Virus record (IMG/VR): IMGVR_UViG_3300020390_000002
Coordinates: 27,336 to 91,335 of that record
Strand: one strand, 5' to 3'
From: a virus
Length of the DNA: 64,000 nucleotides
Below the pieces are notes generated by a model, which saw only the letters and a program-made list of their open reading frames with translations, was not told where the DNA came from and made no database searches. Position 1 is the first letter of the stretch. The number at the start of each line of letters is the position of its first letter. The position numbers and the translations under genes are program-made. Of this stretch, positions 52,628-59,843 are shown piece by piece.

Positions 52628-52980
52628 TTGGCGATACCCTCCAGCTCCCACTTGGTGCTGGGTCGAACGCATTCGATATTGCTCTTGAAGAACAGCGCCG
52701 GGTCGCTGATGGTGCAGTCGATCAGATTCAAGCTGATGGTGAACTGATCGAAGGAGGCGATGCGGCCAATGGCGTGACGGCCTGATGCCAGCTCGATCGT
52801 CACCGCAGTCTCTTCCCGGCGCCAGTGGTGAAGGTAGCTGGCGTGATTCTTGGTCGAGACGCCTGAATCCAACGGACGGTTGGCGTCACTCTCGGAGCGC
52901 ACGTGACGCTGACGGCTGGGGTGGATCGCGCGCGTCGATCCGGATGATGGACCCGATACGCTGGCTTGTGTGCCTTTCAT
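52624..52980 (-). CDS. Hfq/Sm-fold RNA-chaperone-like protein
   Basis: YLHHWRREETAVTIELASG..AIGRIASFDQFTISL...LFFKSNIECVRP parallels the Hfq Sm1 and Sm2 motifs. Confidence 0.75.
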   Translation of the reverse strand: MKGTQASVSGPSSGSTRAIHPSRQRHVRSESDANRPLDSGVSTKNHASYLHHWRREETAVTIELASGRHAIGRIASFDQFTISLNLIDCTISDPALFFKSNIECVRPSTKWELEGIAK

Positions 52981-53020
52981 GTTATTGTCCTCCTGCTGGG
53001 AATCTTCCATCGCTGGAAGT

Positions 53021-53051
53021 AAACTTTAACTCAGCGTTGACTTATTTTCAA
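53021..53051 (-). promoter_or_regulatory. Promoter TTGAAA-N17-TAAAGT with operator (53027-53044)
   Basis: TAACTCAGCGTTGACTTA. Confidence 0.8.
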
Positions 53052-53053
53052 CG

Positions 53054-53743
53054 CTATATCCGCATTGCCCTTTCGAACAGTTCGGAGCCGAACTCTTGCC
53101 GCGCGAGCTCTGGGGTGAAGGTCGAATAGCGGGTTACCAGGCTGTGGACGGCAAGCTCGGGATGCACGCGGTCGTGCACCTGGGCCACGAGGTAATCCAC
53201 GTAGGCCCGCTGCTGCGAGTCCAGACGATCGGGGGTCAGTTGCGTGAATCGCCCGTCCTGGGCGAGCTGCAGGCACTGGGCGGAATACAGACGCCACCGA
53301 AAGGAGACGTGCTCGACCAATGCTTCGCTATACAGCTGGTTGGGGCGTGGCACCCTATCCCAGTGCCGATCCTCACACCAGCGCAGCGCGGTGAGGGTAT
53401 AGAAATCGTAGCGACAACCCAATGAATCCGCGGATTGTCGCGCACGCCACAGGCCGGTGGCCTGGGTCTTGGTGAGGTCGAACAGGCCCCCCGGCTTGAT
53501 GCCGGAATTCTTCAGGCCGTCGATGTAATCGATGCGCTCGGCCGCGATCCTGCGGTAAGCCTCCCGGTAGCACTCGGCGAATAGTTCGGTGGCGTGAACC
53601 GGGTGGAGACTGCGGTAATCGAACCACTTCGACTCGAACAGCGCCGGCTCCTTCTTGAAGTCGGTCTTGGCGATCGCCGCCGCTGCGGCTTGATCCAGTG
53701 CACGCGGCGGCAATCCCGTTCCAGCAAAGTCGTCGATGTGCAT
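53054..53743 (-). CDS. Conserved phage hypothetical protein
   Basis: KWFDYR.LHP..AT.LF...GLWRARQ.AD.LG..Y...PRPNQLY. Confidence 0.8.
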   Translation of the reverse strand: MHIDDFAGTGLPPRALDQAAAAAIAKTDFKKEPALFESKWFDYRSLHPVHATELFAECYREAYRRIAAERIDYIDGLKNSGIKPGGLFDLTKTQATGLWRARQSADSLGCRYDFYTLTALRWCEDRHWDRVPRPNQLYSEALVEHVSFRWRLYSAQCLQLAQDGRFTQLTPDRLDSQQRAYVDYLVAQVHDRVHPELAVHSLVTRYSTFTPELARQEFGSELFERAMRI

Positions 53744-53772
53744 GCGCGTCCTCGTTTGAAGAGCGCAGAGAT

Positions 53773-53790
53773 TAAGTCAGTGCTGACTTA
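53773..53790. promoter_or_regulatory. Palindromic operator copy next to minus-strand TTGACA
   Basis: TAAGTCAGTGCTGACTTA. Confidence 0.88.
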
Positions 53791-53794
53791 CTTG

Positions 53795-54523
53795 TCAACT
53801 CCTTTCGTAAGCAATGACGATGTCGCGCGCGAGACCCGAGCGCACGATGTCCTCGACCGTGAACTCGACCATCGCCACGCTGCGCAGGTGCGACAGGCGG
53901 GCGATCGCATCCTCGAGCCCGGTGGCGCCGCGCAGATCGGTCTGACGCACGTCGCCGTTGACCACGCAACGCACGCCCTCGCCCAGCCGCGTGAGGAACA
54001 GCTTCATCTGGCCGGTGGTGGTGTTCTGCGCTTCGTCGAGGATGACGAATGCGTCCTTGAAGGTCTTGCCGCGCATGAAGGCCAGCGGCGAGGCCACGAT
54101 GCGACCGGACGCGATCAGGGCCTTGACCTGGCCCTTGCCCAGCCGCTCCTCGAGCACATCACGAAAGGGCTCGAAATACGGGGCGAACTTCTCGTCGACC
54201 TCGCCCGGCAGGAAACCGATGTTCTCCTGGGCTTCGACGACGGGTCGGGTGATGATGATGCGATCGACCCGCCGCGACATCAGCGCGTCGGCGGCCATCG
54301 CCGCACAGATATAGGTCTTGCCGGTGCCGGCGGGGCCGGTGGCGATCGTCAGGGGTGACGACTGGATGGCCAGCATATAGTGGCCCTGGGCTTCGGTTTG
54401 GGGCTGCAGCGGCTCGATAATGGGGCGAACGCTGTAGTCGGCATGCTGCTCCTGAATCGGAGCGTGGCGCTTTTGCTTGCCTGAGCGGGGACGGACATTC
54501 TGGGGTCTGGATCGACGCGCCAT
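53795..54523 (-). CDS. phoH: PhoH family ATPase
   Basis: GPAGTGKT, TRPVVE...GFLPG, FMRGKTF, LDEAQN, LTRLGE, GD..Q.D and IVRS. Confidence 0.95.
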   Translation of the reverse strand: MARRSRPQNVRPRSGKQKRHAPIQEQHADYSVRPIIEPLQPQTEAQGHYMLAIQSSPLTIATGPAGTGKTYICAAMAADALMSRRVDRIIITRPVVEAQENIGFLPGEVDEKFAPYFEPFRDVLEERLGKGQVKALIASGRIVASPLAFMRGKTFKDAFVILDEAQNTTTGQMKLFLTRLGEGVRCVVNGDVRQTDLRGATGLEDAIARLSHLRSVAMVEFTVEDIVRSGLARDIVIAYERS

Positions 54524-54569
54524 TCGGGTTCCTGAGTTGAAAGAATCTTGGGCTCTAGCCCGGCATCAG

Positions 54570-55910
54570 TTAAGCGGCGCCCTCCAGGGCGAACAGGTTC
54601 GCATCGCCATACACTTCGTCAGGCGCGCGGTGATACCACTTGCCGCCAGCCACCGCGAAGTCGGTGACCGGGACATAATCGAAGTTGGTCGCCAGGGTCT
54701 CGATGTTGCAGTTGGCGATCGCGAAGCCCATGCCCCACTTCTCGCCCTCCGCATAGCTGGCGCTGCGCTTGTGGCCCGAGCCCAGCTGATGGAACTCGTA
54801 GGCGCCGTAGACCGGCGAGAACTCCGGCCAGACGATGTGCTTGTGATGGTGGCCGCACCAGCCCGGCAGGCCCATGTTGCGCGCGCTCGGGAAGTGATGC
54901 GCCAGCAGGCAGCGCCAGTAGACCTTGTAGTTCTTCGCCAGCTCGCGCTGCTGGTCGGCCTTCGTGAAGGCGCCCAGATCGCCCTTGGCGATGTAGTTAA
55001 CCTCGAACTCGTCCAGGCCGAGCAGCTTCGAGATCGTGAAGTCGTGCAGGTCGGACAGCACGGCGCGCAGGGCCGGCGTGGCATCCGCCATGTGCTTGAG
55101 CAGACGCAGCTCGTGGTTGCCCTCGATCAGGTCGATCTGTGCGTTCGGGCAGGCTTCGCGCAGCGGGCGCAGCACATGGTCGTGTGCGAAGCGGATGCGG
55201 CCCACCACGTCCCACTCGCGCGGGTCGACGCCATACTTGCCGAATTCCGGCAGGTCGAACAGGTCGCCATTCAGGCAGATGACGTCGGGCTGCACGCGGC
55301 GTGCGGTGTCGATGAACACGCGCAGCCAGAAGCGATCGACCTCCTCGTCATGGATGTCGGAGCCGACCAGGATGGTCTTGTATTTGCCGCCCGACTCGCG
55401 CTCGTACTTGTCCGCGTAGTCCAGGCGCTCGTTGCCGATGGCGCGGTAGTGATCGACGCTGGCGTGCTTGGCGATATGCCGCTCGAGGGCGTGCTGCGGC
55501 CGACTAAGCATGATGCCGGCCTGGCGCTTGAACTCAAGAAAAGTCCCAAAATACCGTGACCACGTAGATTCGGAAATATCCGAATGCACGCGGAAGTAGT
55601 TGCGGCTGACCACGTGGTCTGGATCAATCTCGGCGACCCGGCGCAGCTCTGCGCAGCACTCTTCCGGCCCCCAGTCCTCCATGAACTTGGCCTGATCCTC
55701 GGACATCGGCACGGCGCGCTTCTCGGCGCGGTTGATGACCTGGGGCAGACTGTCGTCGAGGGCCGCCTCGCGGCGATAGATCGTGGCGCGGTTGCGCACC
55801 GTCTGCAGCGAAAGACCCGTCTCGATCGCGACATCCGCGAGCGTCGGGAACTCGTCCACGTTGTTGAAGGTGGCAACGAACGTCGCCCGGTCGATAGCGG
55901 GCTTGCTCAT
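54570..55910 (-). CDS. Calcineurin-like metallophosphoesterase with N-terminal HTH
   Basis: SDIH, NGDLFD, EGNHE and GHHH. Start MSKPAID (ATGA overlap). Confidence 0.85.
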   Translation of the reverse strand: MSKPAIDRATFVATFNNVDEFPTLADVAIETGLSLQTVRNRATIYRREAALDDSLPQVINRAEKRAVPMSEDQAKFMEDWGPEECCAELRRVAEIDPDHVVSRNYFRVHSDISESTWSRYFGTFLEFKRQAGIMLSRPQHALERHIAKHASVDHYRAIGNERLDYADKYERESGGKYKTILVGSDIHDEEVDRFWLRVFIDTARRVQPDVICLNGDLFDLPEFGKYGVDPREWDVVGRIRFAHDHVLRPLREACPNAQIDLIEGNHELRLLKHMADATPALRAVLSDLHDFTISKLLGLDEFEVNYIAKGDLGAFTKADQQRELAKNYKVYWRCLLAHHFPSARNMGLPGWCGHHHKHIVWPEFSPVYGAYEFHQLGSGHKRSASYAEGEKWGMGFAIANCNIETLATNFDYVPVTDFAVAGGKWYHRAPDEVYGDANLFALEGAA

Positions 55911-56470
55911 TGCGTTCCCTCGTTGATGGATTGCTGGCGGTTGAGCCACTCGATCAGTTCGTTGTGCCGGACCCGGAGCTTCTCGTACTCGACGGCGCAA
56001 TCGGCGTGATATTCGACTTCGGCGCGTCGGGTAACAGTGGAAGGGGTTTCGCCGGAGACATGAGGCTCTTCGGCGGCATAGGGCACACGGGTTGGATCGG
56101 CGGCACGACGGGCACTGTTGAGCAGGCGCACAGCGCCAACAGACAGATTGTCGCTATCGTCAGTTTCAGGGACATATTCGATGACCTGCTTGGTGATGGT
56201 CTTGATGGTGGTTTCGACGGACTTGTCCGCCATTTCCAGACTCACCTGGGCCGCGGAGTCGTTGTCGCGGGTAGCCTCGAGCTGGACGCGCTGGGCGCCG
56301 GCCATTTCGAGCACGATTTCGGCCTTGGCCTCGGCGGCGTCGGCATCGGCCGCGCGCTCGACCGTGGCGTTCAGCCAGTAGCCGGAGCCGAAGCCGATCG
56401 CGATACCGGCGATCAGAGCGATTAAGGTGGCGCGCGCGCCGGTCAACAGCCCCGTGATGGTCTTAATCAT
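55907..56470 (-). CDS. Rz-like inner-membrane spanin
   Basis: N-terminal TM helix, helical periplasmic part, embedded lipoprotein gene. Confidence 0.8.
   Translation of the reverse strand: MIKTITGLLTGARATLIALIAGIAIGFGSGYWLNATVERAADADAAEAKAEIVLEMAGAQRVQLEATRDNDSAAQVSLEMADKSVETTIKTITKQVIEYVPETDDSDNLSVGAVRLLNSARRAADPTRVPYAAEEPHVSGETPSTVTRRAEVEYHADCAVEYEKLRVRHNELIEWLNRQQSINEGTQ
55954..56175 (-). CDS. Rz1-like outer-membrane lipoprotein spanin (embedded in another frame)
   Basis: Lipobox LCAC and Pro-rich mature part, nested in the Rz-like gene. Confidence 0.75.
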   Translation of the reverse strand: MSLKLTIATICLLALCACSTVPVVPPIQPVCPMPPKSLMSPAKPLPLLPDAPKSNITPIAPSSTRSSGSGTTN

Positions 56471-56744
56471 TGGACTGGATCTTCTTCTGGGCGACGTTCG
56501 CGGCGGCGAAAACGCCCATCGCGATACTCAGCGCGGCAATCCATTCGCCGCCGCCGAGCACACCGGCCAGCGTGAGCACGCTGGACAGCACGATCACGAC
56601 GAAGAAGGCCCACCACTTTCGTGAGAGCCAGCGCCAGGCGATCTCGCGCCGCTGCTCGGTCGTGAGCGCGCGAACGGAGGCGATGGTCGCGATGATGAAA
56701 GAGACCACGAACGTGATCATGAAAGCCGCGGCGATGCGCATCAT
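56463..56744 (-). CDS. Holin-like three-TM protein
   Basis: Three hydrophobic segments, SRKWW and ANVAQK, located next to spanins. Confidence 0.65.
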   Translation of the reverse strand: MMRIAAAFMITFVVSFIIATIASVRALTTEQRREIAWRWLSRKWWAFFVVIVLSSVLTLAGVLGGGEWIAALSIAMGVFAAANVAQKKIQSND

Positions 56745-57178
56745 GCAGAGTCACCCGGTGGTGCCATGACGAACGGTGCGTCAGGCAGATTGACGGTAAT
56801 CACACGCAATGGATTGCAGCGGTAGTCGACCGCTGCACGGAAGGCATAGGTGCCGGGGGCGAGTGTCGGCAGGTCGACGCGGGCCTCGATCTGGCCCTTG
56901 TCCGCGGGCATCGTGCCGATGCGCGCTTCGCCCAGATGGACGTAGTAATCCCCGACCACCCAGCTGTTCATGTAGCCGACGCACTGTCGGCTCGATTCGA
57001 ACTGAAAGCGCACGATGAGCGGGTCGCCCATCGCAACCGGCGTGTTAATCACGACCGGCGGGTTTGTGACCTTCAGCGGCGGTTCGCTGTCGAAGAAGGT
57101 CCAGTAGCCGAGCATGGCCACAACACACTGGGCGCTGATGATGGTGAGGACGGCGAACCACTTGCGAATGTTGAGCAT
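56741..57178 (-). CDS. Membrane-anchored beta-rich protein (lysis region)
   Basis: N-terminal TM helix. PGTY...YRCNPLR. Confidence 0.7.
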   Translation of the reverse strand: MLNIRKWFAVLTIISAQCVVAMLGYWTFFDSEPPLKVTNPPVVINTPVAMGDPLIVRFQFESSRQCVGYMNSWVVGDYYVHLGEARIGTMPADKGQIEARVDLPTLAPGTYAFRAAVDYRCNPLRVITVNLPDAPFVMAPPGDSA

Positions 57179-57179
57179 G

Positions 57180-57500
57180 CTACCCCACGACCAGATTGAC
57201 GATCGCGCCCAGGACGGCGACCAGCGTGGTGGTAGCGAGCCCGTAGGCGATCCAAGAAACGGGGGCGAAGGTGTCGCGCGATACGAATCGCTCCATCGCG
57301 GCCTTGATGCCGGTGATTTCTATGCGAACGCCCTCCAGAGCCCCATGAATGTCTTTCGAGTTGTTGCGCCGGACCTCCTGAATCTCTTCCTTCAGAGAGC
57401 GCTCCAGGCGGTCATGGTCACGAACGAGCGCCTGATACCGCTCGTCCAGGCGCAGCAGCAGCGAAGAGTCCGAATTACCCGACGACTGATCGCTATCCAA
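57180..57500 (-). CDS. Coiled-coil protein with C-terminal TM helix (lysis region)
   Basis: 106 aa. Confidence 0.65.
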   Translation of the reverse strand: MDSDQSSGNSDSSLLLRLDERYQALVRDHDRLERSLKEEIQEVRRNNSKDIHGALEGVRIEITGIKAAMERFVSRDTFAPVSWIAYGLATTTLVAVLGAIVNLVVG

Positions 57501-57556
57501 GCCCGTTCCGGTGGTGCGGCAAGAGCCTAGATGATAGCGCGAAACGCCCTAGAAAT

Positions 57557-57574
57557 CAAGTCAGCGCTGACTTA
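57557..57574. promoter_or_regulatory. Palindromic operator upstream of the lysis cassette
   Basis: CAAGTCAGCGCTGACTTA. Confidence 0.88.
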
Positions 57575-57579
57575 TCTTT

Positions 57580-58392
57580 TTAAGGCGCGCGATGGCCTTT
57601 TTCGGAGCGCAGCAGGCGGATCACATAGTGCCCGGCGTCGAACTCCCACCAGCGCTGCCCGAAGTGCGTCTTGCCGGCATGGCGATGATGATTGTTGTGC
57701 CAGGCTTCGCCGAACGTCAGGTGTCCCAGCCACAGCACGTTATGACTCTCGTCAGCCAGGTCATGATTGCGATAGCTGCCGGGGCCGCCGTAGTGCGCGA
57801 AGGTCACCAGCGACAGCGACGCCGCCGTGGTCCAGGCGAACGGGATACACCAGCCGAACAGCACGCCCGGGAAGCCGGCGATCGCGAACAGCGCGACCAG
57901 CCAGGCCAGCAGAAACAGGTTGTGATACTTGTGGACGAACAGGATCTTGGGGTCACGCAGATAGCGGCGCGTCGGCCAGCCGGTGAACTCGTAGCGCGGA
58001 TAGAACCAGATCAGCAGCATCTTGAAGCCGTGCCGTCCGAAGAAGTGCGGATCGGCCTCGGTGTCGGTGCCGCGATGGTGGAGTATGTGCTGGTGCGCCC
58101 AGGCACCCGGTGAACTCTGCCCACCGAGCACGGCGCACACCAGCATCAACCATTGCGCCCAGGGCCGCGCCTTGAACTGATGGTGGGCATAGTAGCGGTG
58201 GTATCCGACCGACATGCCCACGCAATAGAACATGAAGTAGACCACAAATGCCGCGCCCCAGGCCCACAGCGGAAATCCCTGAAGCAGCGCCCAGAAGAAC
58301 AGCACCGTGCATAGCACCTGGAGCGCGCCGCTGGCCTCGTAGGACGGGCGCAGCAGATACTTGCGCCCTACCCTGCGTAGCGACGAGATCAT
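57580..58392 (-). CDS. Membrane fatty-acid desaturase (delta-9/DesC-like)
   Basis: His boxes GYHRYYAH, HILHH..TD...DPH and GEAWHNNHH, with TM helices. Confidence 0.93.
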   Translation of the reverse strand: MISSLRRVGRKYLLRPSYEASGALQVLCTVLFFWALLQGFPLWAWGAAFVVYFMFYCVGMSVGYHRYYAHHQFKARPWAQWLMLVCAVLGGQSSPGAWAHQHILHHRGTDTEADPHFFGRHGFKMLLIWFYPRYEFTGWPTRRYLRDPKILFVHKYHNLFLLAWLVALFAIAGFPGVLFGWCIPFAWTTAASLSLVTFAHYGGPGSYRNHDLADESHNVLWLGHLTFGEAWHNNHHRHAGKTHFGQRWWEFDAGHYVIRLLRSEKGHRAP

Positions 58393-58955
58393 GCTCCGTA
58401 GCCCGGCTGGGGCGTCAGGGAGGCCGGTTCGCTGTCCGTCATCATGACCAGCACCGCGCGCTCGGTGGCCGTCAGGATATGCGCGCTGCCAGGGGTGACC
58501 GACAGCATCTTGCGCGCCGACAGGTCGCGCTCACCCAGGCGCAGGCCGCGGGTGGCGATATACACGCAGCGGCGCGCGTCCGAAGGCTCGATCTCGTAGT
58601 GCTCGCCAGGGTTGAGGGCCACGCACTCGCGTGCCCAGTGCCGGGACAGATCGCGGGCGACCATGCAGGTCCACTCCGCATCGTTCGAGAGTGCGGTGAA
58701 GGCGATTGTGCCGACCTGGCAGTAGTCGTGGCCGCCGTCGCCGGCGACCAGGCGACGGATCTCGCCGTCCGGCCGCTTCACCTCGAACTCGCCTGCCGTG
58801 ATGGCGATGATGTTGCGCGAGTAGATCCAGGTGCCTGATGCTGGAGCGACCTCGCCCGGCATGAGCCGCGGCACGTGCTCCACCCAGCTCTCCCCGGCCG
58901 CGAAGATGCCGGTATTGATGATGAAGTCTCTACTGTGTCCGTGATGCCACCGCAT
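58389..58955 (-). CDS. Beta-rich, possibly bicupin (pirin/HutD-like) protein
   Basis: Two cupin-like beta repeats (ITAGEFEV...LVAGD and LNPGE...VYIATRGL), coupled to neighbours. Confidence 0.55.
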   Translation of the reverse strand: MRWHHGHSRDFIINTGIFAAGESWVEHVPRLMPGEVAPASGTWIYSRNIIAITAGEFEVKRPDGEIRRLVAGDGGHDYCQVGTIAFTALSNDAEWTCMVARDLSRHWARECVALNPGEHYEIEPSDARRCVYIATRGLRLGERDLSARKMLSVTPGSAHILTATERAVLVMMTDSEPASLTPQPGYGA

Positions 58956-59437
58956 TAGATGACCTCCTCGAGATCGTCGCCGTAGAGCGCCTGACGAATG
59001 ATGGCGGTGACCTCAGCAGGCACACGCGGGGTGTCCTCGCCCTTGAGGGCCAGATTGCCCATCGTGAGCTCCATCGCCACCTGATTGGCTGTGCCGGCCT
59101 CTGCGATCAGTCGCTTCGTGGTCAGCCGGATCAACTCGATGGCCACACCGATGGCGCGCCAGCTGTTGTAGGTGTCGATGACGAACTGCGCCGCGGCTTC
59201 GGGCGTCATGTTCTGCGCGAGGGCTTCGCCCTTGACCCAGGGGTAGTCGTCGAGCGCCGGATCGGTGGCCGCGATGAAGGCTCGACAGTCGGCCAGCTTC
59301 TCCGTGTAGGCGTCGGACTGGCCTGGAATGTCGGTCAAAAAGCGCGCGCGCAGCGCGCCAACGGCGGCGTCGATCGTCGCGGCTGCCCGCGCGCGATCTT
59401 CACTGAGGTTGGGCGCGGCGCCGAAGCTAAGTCGCAT
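58955..59437 (-). CDS. Tail-fibre-associated protein
   Basis: IDAAVG.LRARFLTD.PGQ..Y..K pattern, downstream of tail genes. Confidence 0.7.
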   Translation of the reverse strand: MRLSFGAAPNLSEDRARAAATIDAAVGALRARFLTDIPGQSDAYTEKLADCRAFIAATDPALDDYPWVKGEALAQNMTPEAAAQFVIDTYNSWRAIGVAIELIRLTTKRLIAEAGTANQVAMELTMGNLALKGEDTPRVPAEVTAIIRQALYGDDLEEVI

Positions 59438-59843
59438 TGATAGTCACCTCGCTACGTCGGTAGGGAAAGGGGGCGGACAAGAAGACGCGGTAGGTGCCGG
59501 GGTGCACGAAGTCCAGCTCGAGGTCGCCGCTTACGGTGTTGCCGATTCGGTCTGGGCCGGACTCGACCTCCACCCACGTGTCGTCCGGTAGACCGGATAG
59601 CGTGGTGACGGTGTGACCGTCAGCGGGCAGGGTCGTGAGTGAAAACTCGGACGGCGTAGGCGGACGCTCGATCAGCACATGAGGCACGACGCTGACATCG
59701 ACGCGGTGCGTCGAATTGGTGCCCTCCGACATGAGGATGACGCCCTGCCCCTCGGACACCTGGCGCAGCGCGTCCTGCTCCTCGCCGTCGTAGGTCATGA
59801 AGTCGATCTCGCCAGTAGCCAACCAGTAAATGCCGTAGCTCAT
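59427..59843 (-). CDS. Tail-associated hypothetical protein
   Basis: 138 aa coupled to the tail protein. PGTYRV...PFPY. Confidence 0.7.
   Translation of the reverse strand: MSYGIYWLATGEIDFMTYDGEEQDALRQVSEGQGVILMSEGTNSTHRVDVSVVPHVLIERPPTPSEFSLTTLPADGHTVTTLSGLPDDTWVEVESGPDRIGNTVSGDLELDFVHPGTYRVFLSAPFPYRRSEVTINAT

Noticed and set aside
2824-57574. Palindromes as host REP elements or a dispersed CRISPR repeat
   Set aside because: They are mostly single copies placed in promoter regions upstream of phage genes, which fits operators better. A parS-like role cannot be excluded, but no parAB is seen here.
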